From contig NC_091989.1 of the NCBI RefSeq assembly GCF_044704955.1, positions 104,718,001 to 104,782,000 on the forward strand: DNA of 64,000 bases. Direction: 5' to 3'. The DNA comes from Pristiophorus japonicus. Its lineage: Eukaryota. The notes beneath the pieces are model-generated. The model saw only the letters and a list, made by a program, of their open reading frames with translations, did no database searches and was not told the origin of the DNA. Both the position numbers and the translations under genes were made by a program. Positions 1-11,815 of the stretch are shown piece after piece. The first letter of the stretch is position 1; every line of letters starts with the position of its first letter.

Positions 1-922
1 AATGTTAATCTGTCAATTCTCTATATCTCAAGATATATTGAACGTTACGGTAAAAGAAGAATGCTGAGGAAAATGACTGTATAAAAGTCGTCACATTTTT
101 TGCATTTACAACGGAGCTGTTTAACCTCGGCCAGTGACTACTTTTAAACTACATCAGCATCCCATCGAATAATGGAAATGACAAATTGGAAACGATAGCT
201 GGAAGCTAACCAGCATATACTAAGATCATAAATGACAGGACATAGTTTGTATGACAAAATAAATCCCAGGTTATCCCCAATGTGGCCCTGATTCAAATGA
301 CCATTAAACTCCAATTTCGCAAAATTGGACCTTGAATTTTCTTACCGAATTACAGTTGGCACCTCTGCTCGTGAGAGCTGTTCCACAGGGGCGCGTCAAG
401 GTTGGAAACGCTAATGTGAGGTGGCTCTGTTCGGACCCGTTGAATTGTCCGTTAATAGTTTGGAAGGAGCATACATTTGAAATGAAGTTGAATGGTTATA
501 TGTTTAACATTTAAATACCGCGTTTTCAGGTTTAGAATAATATTTCCTATTGCTTTTCAGGGATCGGAGGGTTTGTTATTTAGATTTAGGACTAATCCAA
601 TGACTGTTTCACTTAGACCAGAAGAGTGCAAGCTGAAGCCGGCGGGCCAGATGCAGTGGACGAACCCTTACAATCCTTTCCCCTTTGAGACACTCGCCCT
701 CTTGAAGGCCACTCCTGAATTGACGGCCGCAGCACCAGCACACCTTAAAATAGATGTTGGAACTTAATTTAGGGAGGAATTGCTCTCCTGTTTAATCCTG
801 GAACGTGGGTGTTTGTTATTGTGATTCCTTATATGTTGCTCCAATATACAAAGTGATACAGTTAGACAGCCAATGAGTTGCAATTTGTTATAATAATTTT
901 GCAACAATAGTTAAGGACCACT

Positions 923-1036
923 GGGCGTAATTTTAACTTTGTGCGATCAATGGAAATAAAATTTGAGAGAGTTGTAAAGTGAGCTGTCGATTCGCTATCA
1001 TCCCTTTAACTAATGCACAAAGTCAAAATTACCCCC
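923..1036. mobile_element. Small MITE, PIF/Harbinger-like
   Basis: TIRs GGGCGTAATTTTAACTTTGTGC / GCACAAAGTCAAAATTACCCCC; 3-bp TSD ACT on both sides. Confidence 0.7.
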
Positions 1037-2436
1037 ACTTTCTTCACAGTCCGACTCCTGAGAGAAACGTCCCTCTGAATGCACAGCGATTTTTGGCGTT
1101 TGTTTAAAATAGACGATATTTGATCCGCCGCCTGTTCTACATCTATTCAGCATTTTTTTAAATTAAATGAAGGCAGAAGAGCTAAACATACACTTAATAC
1201 AGCCTGTGCTAATGAATAGGTCGCGGTAATATTTTTCATGTTTGATTTACAGCATAGATCGTGCAATGACTGCAGTCGGCGGTATGCCATAATCCGGTAG
1301 CAACCCGCCATCCCTGAATAATTCTTCTGATCCCTGTGTGGAATTACACAGAGTTTCGGGGAATTTATTCGTTGGTTATTTGGCGCAAACTGGTACATAG
1401 TGTCAACCATTTCACTCGAGATGCCTAACCAGAGGAAATCTCCACTCGTGTCTACACCGACGGGAAGAGAGAAATCCTACCCCGGGGCCATTTAGAATGA
1501 ATCATTGCTTCACCCTCCCGTGGGTTAGGGTATCTGTTAATTGGCTTCAGTTTCGCTGGCAGTTTCTCAATGTATCCTGGACAGCAGCCTTGAAATTCCC
1601 AGCTTACTTTCAATTCTGTTTTCATGGTTGTGAGATTCCCTTCCATGGGCAGAGCCACCTTACACTGCAAGACATTGTAACTGAATCCAACTGGGCGGGT
1701 ATTTTTAAAGCCACTAATCTGCAGAAAACATTGCAGTTTTCCTTACAGAAATCTTGCCCAACAAAGCTTCAATGTTGCCCGGTACGAGTTGAAATATTTT
1801 CGATCCGCGGCCGACCAGGCAAAGACTTGGCCGAGGTTTCCGCTTCTGTGCTGCCCAGCCCGCGATTTTCCGTTCGGAAAACCTCGACGAACTGATTTTA
1901 AGGGGTAAGAATGAAATGTTTAGATTGTATTTTAATTACCACATTTCATTCTAATGTAAAACATGCAAGACTGGAGGGCAAGTTAGAGATTTCACTGGAC
2001 AGGAGGTGATGGATAAGAAACGCTCGTTTCATTTCAAATCAACATCCTGTAACTGCCAGAGACGATTGTGGAATGTACTTTAAAAATAACGTTTTATCTT
2101 CTGCAGTAAGTGATGTTGAAATAGCTGTTAAGGTAGGAGCCTGCGGTAACAACAGACGAATGCCGAGGTAAGAGATGAGTTGTGAAATATTCAGCTCTCT
2201 GCTTTCTTCTCTCAACCTTCACTCGAAGATGAACAAAAGCCCCGGCCTCCCGTAGCCACAGTGACTGATGCTGGGTACAGCTGCACCAAAGTTCTTTCAG
2301 CTCCCCAGTCACCGCCACAACGGTCTGCCGTGCACTGCTTAGTCTGTAAGGGTCCCATAATGAAGAGTCGTAAATGAGCAATTAATGGCAATTCGCTTTA
2401 TCCCACACCGCCGTTCTCTCACTCCATCCCTCTGAC

Positions 2437-2683
2437 GTATCTCACTGGCCCGGTAATCTATCTCACTGGCCCGGTATTCTAGCTCACTGGCCCAGTGCCC
2501 CATCTCACTGGCTTGCTAATCTATCTCACTGGCGCAGTGTCCCATTTCGCTGGCCCGGTGTCCTATCTCGCTGGCCCGGTAATCTATCTCACTGGCGCAG
2601 TGTCCCATTTCGCTGGGCCCGGTGTCCTATCTTGCTGGCCCGGTGTCCTACCTCACTGCTCCCGTATCCTATCTCACTGGCCC
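2437..2683. repeat. Minisatellite, ~21-bp unit (TATCTCACTGGCCCGGT core), ~11-12 copies, in the intron 3' of the V exon
   Basis: Visible tandem copies of tatctcactggcccggtaatc / catttcgctggcccggtgtcc. Confidence 0.9.
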
Positions 2684-2725
2684 GATTTCCAATATTTGTA
2701 GAAACCGCTGAGAATGATCACTCAC

Positions 2726-3031
2726 CCCTTACATTAAGCTTCACTCCGGTACTATTTCCGACATATTGACCTTCCACTCTGCAATAATAGACTCCAGCAT
2801 CTCCGAAACGCACGTCCAGAAGGCGCAACGTGGCGCTCGCTTTACTCTCAACCTTGAAGTTTCTCCTGGGATCTTGTCTTAAGAATTCCCGCGTACCTTC
2901 TTTCCACCAATGGACTGCGATTTTATTTTTATCTCTGAACAGGGGGAACGAGCAGTGAAAAGTCGCGGTCTGTCCTGTGATTATATCGTTTTTATCAAGC
3001 CACTGATTCACTGTGGCGTCGCCGGCGGCGG
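2726..3031 (-). CDS. Ig-superfamily receptor, exon 2: single-exon germline-joined VJ-type V domain (NKp30/NCR3-like family)
   Basis: Acceptor tgtttgcag|CC at 3031, donor AGG G|gtgagt at 2726; 306 nt, phase 1-1 as typical of Ig domains. Translation ...DATVNQ...TATFHCSF...VHWWK...ATLRLLDVRFGDAGVYYCRVEGQYVGNSTGVKLNVR has B-strand Cys, C-strand Trp, DxGxYYC and a J-like G strand. The family assignment rests on motif resemblance only. Confidence 0.88.
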
Positions 3032-3102
3032 CTGCAAACACAAACATTTATTTACGGAAGGGAGGACACGTGGAAATTAATACTTCGAGAGGAAAACGGG
3101 GC

Positions 3103-3197
3103 AACAACGTCCCCTCTAGTCGCTAAGTGCTGGCGAGCTGCTTTCAGAGTTTCGCTAGCCCCTGCCCTTAAACATATAGCGACCAGAGGAACTGTTA
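3103..3197. mobile_element. Small MITE (hAT-like) in the leader-V intron
   Basis: Imperfect inverted ends aacgtcccctctagtcgcta / tagcgaccagaggaactgtt. Confidence 0.45.
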
Positions 3198-3337
3198 GCC
3201 TCCAAAGAACAAAATGAAACTACTTCAATCATAAATAGAGATATCATTCAATGCAATATACATAAACTGTGATTTTTTTTCTTCAGTTTAACTTATAGCT
3301 TGTTCTATGTAAGGCTTGTTAAAATGAAAACATTTAC

Positions 3338-3407
3338 CTGTGCAAATAACAGCTAGGATGAGTATAGAGTAAAGTTGAGCTCTTCCAAACATACTGAGCA
3401 CAGGCAT
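3338..3407 (-). CDS. Ig-superfamily receptor, exon 1: signal peptide (leader) exon
   Basis: ATG at 3407 gives MPVLSMFGRAQLYSILILAVICT(G) with a hydrophobic core. Donor ACAG|gtaaat at 3338 is phase 1, in frame with the V exon. An in-frame second ATG (MFG) is an alternative start. Confidence 0.8.
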
Positions 3408-3479
3408 TTGGATCTGAGCACCGGCTGGGCAGCAAACCCGGACTTGGTTTGCGGGGGTGGGGGGAGGAGAGTATTGTTT

Positions 3480-3590
3480 TCCAGTTAATGTGGTGTGCAA
3501 TCCAGATGAGCAACACCACCACATGATGTCGCTCTGCCCCCCGCGCAATGGAGAACAAACATCGCACTTGCAGGCTTGCGGTTTCAGTAA
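3480..3590 (-). promoter_or_regulatory. Putative promoter of the Ig-domain gene with clustered RUNX-type motifs
   Basis: TGTGGT 3489-3494, ACCACA 3518-3523 and TGCGGTTT 3577-3584 lie within ~180 bp upstream of the leader ATG. Motif match only. Confidence 0.3.
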
Positions 3591-4102
3591 CTGCGCTGGG
3601 AGGTGAGATCTGCAGACCATGTTGAGCGCTGGAAGTTAAAATCGAGGCGTTCTGGTTTCTCGCTCTTGATCTATTCAAGCGATCACATTGTTAATCTGAA
3701 GCAGAAATCAAAGGTCACGCCATGCGCGGTGGGTAGAGCGATAAGTGTTGTTCATCTGGTTTCCTGCCTTCGGGCCCGTGGTCCAGTCTCAAGACCCCAC
3801 ACCTGCACACAAGTTGGCTGTAACATTAACAGCTCCACAATAGCTAAACGCTCCTCCACAATACCTGCCTCCTTAACACTGTCTAACTCCCTTACCCGTA
3901 TCTACAAGCTCAACACCCCACTCCCTCTCCCCCCAGCCTCCAAACAGCGCACGGTGCAGAGGTTAAAGGTGGACCTTGCACAACACGCGAGCTCCTCCCC
4001 ACAGCCGAAGCCAAAGGAGGTCTGCATCTGATTTGTTCATTTAAAGAGAAATGGTCCCCACAATTAGGATATTTCAGGGACAGCTATTACTCAGGTTTAT
4101 TC

Positions 4103-4920
4103 ATTATCATAGGCAGTCCCTCGGAGTCGAGATGACATGCTTCCACATTAAAAATGAGTTTTTAGATGACTTAACTCCAATGCGGGAGCTACAGTCTCTG
4201 TCGCAGGTTGGACAGATGGTGGTTGAAAGTAGGTTGACTGAAGTGCTGGTTTTTTAAAGTGCTTGGGTTGTCCTGCGCTCCTTCCGCCGTATGCGTTGGG
4301 TCTCCGCTTGCTCCCAGCGAAGAGACTCGAAGTGTTCGACACCCTCACGGATTATTCTCTTCCATTTTGAGCGACCTTGCGCCAGGGATTCCCAGGTGTC
4401 GGTGGGGATGTTGAACTTCTTCAAGGAGGCCTTGAGGGTGTCCTTGAAGTGTTTCCTCTGCCCACCTGGGGCTTGTTTGCCCTGTCAGAGCTCTGAGTAG
4501 AGCGCTTGCTTTGGGAGTCTCGTATCGGGCATACGGACGATGTGGCCTGTCCATCGTAACTGGTTGAGCGTTGTCAATGCTTCGATGCTGAGGATGTTGG
4601 CCTGTGCGACAACACTGACATTGGTGCACCTATCCTGCCAATGGCTATGCAGGATCTTCCTGAGGCAGCGTTGATGGTACTTCTCCAGTGCTTTGATGTG
4701 CCTGCTGTATATAGTCCATTTCTCAGAAGCATATATGAGGGCAGATATCACTACTGCTCTGTAGATCATGAGCTTTGTGCTGGTTTTAAGGTTCTGGTCT
4801 TCAAACACTCTATTCCTTTGGTGATCAAAGGCTGCACTGGCACACTGAAGGCGGTGCTGGACCTTGTCAATGATGTTTGCCCTTGTTGACAGTAGGCTCC
4901 TGATGTATGGAAAATGGTTT
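4103..4920 (-). mobile_element. RTE-clade LINE, 3' fragment
   Basis: ORF 4485..4808 (KLMIYRAVV..LIYASE.W..LRWTGHIVRMPDTRLPKQALYSEL) matches the RTE ORF2 C-terminus; 3' tail reads catcataggcagtccctcg-like on the + strand. Confidence 0.85.
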
Positions 4921-5011
4921 ATTACCTGTTGTCACATTAACTGTTTTAGTGCTGTCCTTGTAGCCGGTGGGCTTGTTACATCGAATGTACAGCACAGAAA
5001 CAGGTCATTAA

Positions 5012-6842
5012 TAAGAACATAAGAATATAATAGAAGCAGGAGTACGCCATACGGCCCTTCAAGCCTGCTTCGCCATTTAATAAGATCATGGGCTCAGGTC
5101 CACTTCCCTGCCGCTCCTCATAATCCCTTAATCCCTTATCGGTTAAGAAACTATCTCTGTCTTAAATTTATTCAATGTCCCGGCTTCCACAGCTCTCTGA
5201 AGCAGCGAATTCCACAGACTTACAAACTTCAGAGAAGAAATTCTTCCTCATCTCAGTTTTAAATGGGGGGTCCCTTATTCTAAGATTATGTCCCCTAGTT
5301 CTAGTCTCCCCTATCAGTGGAAACATCCTCTCTGCACCACCTTGTCAAGCCCCCTTATAATCTTATACGTTTTGAAAAGATCACCGCTCATTCTTCTGAA
5401 TTCCAATGAGTAGAGGCCCAACCTGCTCAACCTTTCCTCATAAGTCAACCCCCTCATCTCCAGAATCAACCTAGTGAACCTTCTCTGAACTGCCTCCAAA
5501 GCAAGTATATCCTTTTGTAAATATGGAAACCAAAACTGCACACAGTATTCCATGTGTGGCCTCACCAATACCCTGTATAACTGTAGCAAGACTTCCCTAC
5601 TTTTATTCTCCATCCACTTTACAATAAAGGCCAGGATTCCATTGGCCTTCCTGATCACTTGCTGTACCTGCATACTAACCTTTTATGTTTCATGCACAAG
5701 TGCCCCCAGGTCCTGCTGTACTGCAGTACTTTGGAATTTTTCTCTATTTAAATAATAACTTGCACTTTGATTTTTTTCTGCCAAAGTGGATAACCTCACT
5801 TTTCACATTATACTCCATCTGCCAATTTTTTGCCCACTCAGTTAGCCTGTCTATGTCCTTTTGTATATTTTTTGTGTCCTCCTCACACATTGCTGATAAT
5901 ACAAAGATGGGAGGAAAAGCAAACGTCGCTACGTTACACTCGGTCCTTTCTTCTGAAGTCGTTAATATAGATTGCAAATAGTTGGGGTCCCAGCACTGAT
6001 CCCTGCGGCACCCGACTAGTTACTGATTGCCAACCCGAGAATTAACCATTTATCCCGACTATGTTTTCTGTTAGTTAGACAAACCTCTATCCATGCTAAT
6101 ATATTACCCCCCAATCCCATGAACTTTTATCTTATGCAGTAACCTTTTATGTGGTACCTTGTCAAATGCTTTCTGGAAGTCCAAATACACCATATCCACT
6201 GGTTCCCTTTTATCCACCCTGTTGGTTACATCCTCAAAGAATTCCAGCAAATTTGTCAAACATGACTTCCCCTTCATAAATCCATGCTGACTCTGCCTGA
6301 CCAAATTATGCTTTTCCAAATGTCCTGCTACTGCTTCTTTAATAATGGACTCCAACATCTTCCCAGCCACAGATGTTAGGCTAACTGGGCTATAGCTTCC
6401 TGCTTTTTGTCTACCTCCTTTTTTAAATAGGGGCGTTACAGTTGCAGTTTTCCAATCTGCTGGGACCTCCCCAGAATCCAGGGAATTTGGGTAAATTACA
6501 ACCAATGCACCTACTATCCCTACTGCTACTTCTCTTAAACCCCTAGGAAGCAAGCCATCAGGTTCAGGGGATTTATCCGCCTTTAGTCCCATTATCTTAC
6601 TGAGTACCACCTCCTTAGTGATTGTGATTGTGTTAAGTTCCTCCCCCCCCGATAGCCCCTTGACTATCCACTGTTGGAATATTATTAGTATCCTCTACCG
6701 TAAAGAGTGATACAAAATATTTGTTCAGAGTTTCTGCCATCTCCATGTTCCCCATTACTAATTCCCCGGTCTCGTCCTCTAAGGGACCAACATTTACTTT
6801 AGCCACTCTTTTCCTTTTTATATACCTATAGAAACTATAGCA
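5012..6842 (-). mobile_element. CR1-clade LINE, 5'-truncated, degenerate RT
   Basis: RT fragments ([35 protein letters not shown]; LVRPHMEYCVQFW); 3' (TTCTTATG)n-type tail at 5012. Confidence 0.92.
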
Positions 6843-6999
6843 ATTAAGCCCAATAGGTCGATGTGTCAATGCTCCACACTAGCCTCCTCCCAACCTTATT
6901 CATCTAATCTTATCAGCATAACCTTCTATTACTTTCTCCTTCATGTTTATCTAACTTCCACTTAAATGCATCTATTGACCTCAAATACTCTTTGTTTTC

Positions 7000-7415
7000 T
7001 TTTTATTCGTTCAGGGGATGTGGGCGTCACTGGCAAGGCCAGCATTTATTGCCCATCCCTAATTGCATTTGAGAACGTGGTGGTGAGCAGCCTTCTTGAA
7101 CCGCTGTAGTCCAAGTGGTGAAGGTACTCCCACAGTGCTGTTAGGGAGGGAGCACCAGAATTTTGACCCAGTGACGATGAACAGCAATATATTTCGAAAT
7201 CAGTAGTGTGTAACTTGGCGTGAAACTTGACGGTGATGGCGTTCCCATGAACCTGCTGCCCTTGTCCTTCTAGGTGACAGAGGTCGTGGGTTTGGGAGGT
7301 TACTGTTACAAAACTTGGTGAGTTGCTGCAGTGCATCTTGTAGATAGTTCACACTGTAGCCATGGTGCGCTGGTGTTGGAAGGAGTGAATGTTTAAGGTT
7401 GCCAATCAAACGGGC
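7000..7415 (-). mobile_element. Non-LTR retroelement 3' fragment (family also at 17610-17780, + strand)
   Basis: Shared 3' sequence ggcaattagggatgggcaataaatgctggccttgccag at both sites; degenerate ORF2-like C-terminal frames. Confidence 0.6.
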
Positions 7416-8409
7416 TGCTTTGTGGTAGCGAGTTCCACCTTTCTCTGGGTAAAGAAGTTTCTCCTGAATTCCCTCGAGGATTTGTTGGTGATTATCTTAC
7501 ATTTATGCCCCCCTAGTTTTGGTCTCTTTGTCTACCTTATCAAACCCTTTCATAATCTTGAGGACCTTTATCAGGTCACCCCTCAGCTTCAAGAGCACCA
7601 GCCTGTTCAATCTTTCCTGACAGGTATAACCTCTCAGTTCTTATTGTTTTGGTAAAAGTACAGAAATCGCTCGACATGCATAGCACATCCGTCAATAATC
7701 AGAAAAGAGAAGTTTGACAGCTGGAGTACAACTCCACCAGAACTCGATCGGAAGAAAAATCTCTTTAAAGCGCCGATCGAGAAAAGGGGAGAACCACAGT
7801 AAACCACCAGGGTTAGTAACACATGTTACAGGGAAGCAGTTCATGGGTTGAAAAGACTGCAAAGTGGTTTAAAAAAAAAAACTGGAAAGAGCTGAAAACT
7901 AAGAGGTGAAATAGGAGGACAAGTTCACTTTTCCTTTCCGGGTGCTCGCAGACTTGTACACTGTCTACTCTTATTTCAGACTTCTAACAGTTGCAGTTTA
8001 TCTCTTAATTTTTTTGTGTTATTTTAAGACAGACACAGGGGCTGCTAGGCCTTGCTTAGGGTGAATATGTTAGCATAGAATGTTGGAATACTAACCATAT
8101 TTACTTTTATTTGTAGCCATGCAATACACAAGCCTTCCCTTGCCAGGACAATCCATGGTCATTCTTCACCTGGGCATAAATTAAATGGGTGTACATGATT
8201 CTACCTAAATGATCCATTTAAGGGGAAGCTAAATAGGTACAGGAGGGAGAAAGGAATAGGATATGGTGATAGGGTCAGATGAAGTAAAGCGGAGGGGGTG
8301 GGAGCGGATGGAAGGAAGTTCATGTGGAGCATAAATACTGTTATAGACCTGTTGAGTCAAATGGCCTGTTTCTATGCTGTAAATTCTACGAACTTGGGTA
8401 TAGCGACAA

Positions 8410-11400
8410 TATAAGAAATAGGAGCAAGAGCAGGCCATATGGCTCCTTGACCCCTTATCCTGAGACTATGACCTCTAGTTCTAGACTCAACCATTCAATA
8501 AGATCATGGCTAATCTTGTACATCAACTCCAGTTTCCTGCCCTATCTCAATATCCCTTGATTCCCTTAGTGCCCAAAAATCTATTGATCTCAGTCTTGGA
8601 ATATACTCAATGACTGAGCATCAACAACCCTCTGGGGTAGAGAATTCCAAAGATTCACAACCCTCTTGCTTGCCCCTTATCCTGAGACTGTGACCTCTAC
8701 TTCTAGAAACATCTTGCAGCATTTACCCTGTCGAGCCCTCTAAGAATTTTATACATTTCAATAAGATCATCTATCATTCTTCTAAACGCCAGAGAATAAG
8801 AACATAAGAAATAGGAGCCGGGGTAGGCCATTTGGGAGCCTGCTCCGCCATTCAATAAGATTGAGAATGTAGATAGAAGGTTTGAGAATGTGTTAGTAAG
8901 GGATTATGGGAAAATGGCCAAGAGAAATTGTCCAGCTGTGATATTTGCCCTGTCGACACAAAGGATTGTGGTCAAACACGAGTTACGCGAAAAAGCAAAA
9001 GTCAGACATGAGTCAGACGAGGGGCTGCTATATCCAGCCATGAAATAGGGAAATGCTATGAAAATCGAAACAATAAACACATCCCTGCAGCCCGCCCTAT
9101 GTCAAAGAGTTGTTAGCCTGCAATTGGGTATGCTATGGGGGAAATCGACCAATGATTGTATAAACTGAGTGTCACTCAAATGTGTTCTGCTGTAACAATG
9201 TATAAGTGTTGAGCTTTTGTACTGTTACGGGACTTGTCAGGAGAAAGGTGGACAGGCTCGAATCGAGAGTGTTCCCTTTATCTTAACAGGTCCCGGCCGG
9301 AGAATCTACAGAATAAAGGTCTTAGGTTGCTAAGACTAAAAGTGTTCGTGTGTCAGTGAATTCGCTGAAACAGATTGAAGGGAAAAGAATCCAGTATCAA
9401 CAAGATCATGGCTGATCTGATCTTGGCCTCAACTCTATTTCCCTACCGGTTCCCCACAACCCTTGACTCCCTTGTCATTCAAAAATCTGTCTATCTCTAC
9501 CTTAAATATATTCAATGACCCAGCCTCCACAGCTCTCTGGGGTAGAGAATTCCAAAGATTCATGACCCACTGAGAGAAGAAATTCCTCCTCAACTCTGTT
9601 TTAAATGGGCGACCCCTTATTCTGAAACTATGCCTATTAGTTTTGAATTCACCACAAGGGGAAACATCCTCTCTGCGTCCACCCTGTCAAGCCCCCTTAT
9701 GTTTCAATAAGATTACCTCTCATTCTTCTAAACTCCAATGAGTATAAGCCCAGCCTGCTCAATTTTTCTTCATAAGGCAACCCCTTCATCTCAGGAATCA
9801 ACCTCATGAACTGTCTCTAAACTACCTCTAATATATCCCTCCTTAAATAAGGAGACTAAAACTGTACACAGTATTCCAGGTGTGGTCTCACCAACGCCCT
9901 GTAGAGTTGTAGCAGGACTTCCCTACCTTTATACGCCATCTCCCTTGCAATAATGGTCAACATTCCATTTGCATTCCTAATTACTTGCTGTACCTGCATA
10001 CTAACTTTGTGTTACATGTACAAGGACCCCCAGATACCTCTGTACCACAGCATTTTGTAATCTCTCTCCATTTAGATAATAATTAGCTTTTTTATTTTTC
10101 CTACCAAAGTGGATAACCTCAAATTTTCCCACATTATACTCCATCTGCCAAATCTTTGCCCACTCACTTAGCCTGTCTATATCCCTTTGCAGATTCTTTG
10201 CGTCCTCCTCAGAACTTGCTTTCCCACCTGCCTTTGTAAAATCAGCAAATTTGGCTAGATTACACTTGGTCCCTTCATCCAAGTCGTTAAGAGATTGTAA
10301 ATAGTTGAGGCCCCAGCACTGATCCCTGTGGCACCTTACTAGTAGTTACAGTTTGCCAACCTGAAAATTACCCATTTATCCCGACTCTCTGTTTTCTGAG
10401 TTAGCCAATCCTCTATCCACGCTAATATATTACCCCCAGCCCCAAGAGCTCTGGTGCAGTAACCTTTTATGTGGCACATTATTGAATGCCTTCTGGAAAT
10501 CCAAATACATAGAAACGTAGAAAATAGGTGCAGGAGTAGGCCATTCCGCCCTTCGAGCCTGCACCACCATTCAATAAGGTCATGACTGATCATTCCCTCA
10601 GTTCCCCTTTCCTGCTTTCTCTCCATACCCCTTGATCCCCTTAGCTGTAAGGGCCATATCTAGCTCCTTCTTGAATATATCCAATGAACTGGCATCAACA
10701 ACTCTCTGCGGTAGAGAATTCCACAGGTTAACAACTCTCTGAGTGAAGAAATTTCTCCTCATCTCAGTCCTAAATGGCCTACCCCTTATCCTAAGACTGT
10801 GTCCCCTGGTTCTGGACTTCCCCAACATCGGGAACATTCTTCCCGTATCTAACTTGTCCAGTCCCGTCAGAATCTTATGTTTCTATGAGATCTCCTCTCA
10901 TCCTTCTAAACTCCAGTGTATAAAGGCCCAGTTGATCCAGTCTCTCCTCATATGTCAGTCCAGCCATCCCTGGAATCAGTCTGGTGAACCTTCGCTGCAC
11001 TCCCTCAATAGCAAGAATGTCCTTCCTCAGATTAGGAGACCAAAACTGAACACAATATTCCAGGTGAAGCCTCACCAAGGCCCTGTACAACTGCAGTAAG
11101 ACCTTCCTGCTCCTATACTCAAAACCCCTAGCTATGAAGGCCAACATACCATTTCTCTTCTTCACCGCCTGCTGTACCTGCATGCCAACTTTCAATGACT
11201 GATGAACCATGACATCCAGGTCGCGTTGCACCTCCCCTTTTCCTAATCTGCCGCCATTCAGATAATATTCTGCCTTCGTGTTTTTACCCAAAAGTGGATA
11301 ACCTCACATTTATCCACATTATACTGCATCTGCCATGCATTTGCCCACTCATCTAACCTGTCCAAGTTACCCTGCAGCCTCTTAGCGTCCTCCTCACAGC

Positions 11401-11790
11401 TCACACCGTCACCCAGTTTAGTGTCATCTGCAAACTTGGAGATATTGCATTCAATTCCTTCATCTAAATCATTGATGTATATTATAAAGAGTTGGGGTCC
11501 CAGCACTGAGCCCTGCGGCACTCCACTAGTTACTGTCTGCCACATTTACTGGTTCCCGTTATCCACCCTGAATATAGGCCCATTATACTCAATCCCTCCT
11601 CGGAGGACAACTCTCTCATCCCAGGAATCTATCTAGTGAACCTTTATTGCAGCCTCTCTAAGGCAAGTATATCCTTCCTTAGGTAAGGAGACCAAAACTG
11701 TACACAGTACTCCAGGTGTGGTCTCATCAAAGTCCTATATAATTGCAGCAAAACTTTCTTACTATTATAATCCAATCCCCTTGCAATAAA
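8410..11790 (-). mobile_element. Cluster of nested CR1 LINE fragments (younger CR1 at ~10506-11543 inside an older one)
   Basis: RT frames [18 protein letters not shown] and [10 protein letters not shown]; several CR1 3' tails (atagaaac.., ataagaac..). Confidence 0.88.
8862..9402 (+). mobile_element. Solo LTR (ERV-like) inserted in a CR1 3' end
   Basis: TG...CA termini and 4-bp TSD AGAT (8858-8861 / 9403-9406) splitting the CR1 motif ccattcaataagatcatggctg; internal TATA-like TGTATAAG and AATAAA (~9312). Confidence 0.72.
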
Positions 11791-11801
11791 GACTATTGCG
11801 T

Positions 11802-11815
11802 TTTAATAGTTTATT
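11802..11815 (-). terminator. OGFOD1: Candidate OGFOD1 polyadenylation signals (AATAAA, ATTAAA)
   Basis: tttatt 11810-11815 and tttaat ~11802-11807 on + strand, at the end of ~1.2 kb of unique AT-rich sequence after the stop codon. Confidence 0.5.

Noticed and set aside
492-1895. Short ORFs as TM/cytoplasmic exons of the Ig gene
   Set aside because: No convincing Ig-C, transmembrane or ITIM/ITAM pattern with phase-compatible splice sites was found.
2094-2381. Candidate next exon of the Ig gene
   Set aside because: The acceptor ccttacag| gives an immediate stop in the required phase 1, and there is no C1 or TM motif.
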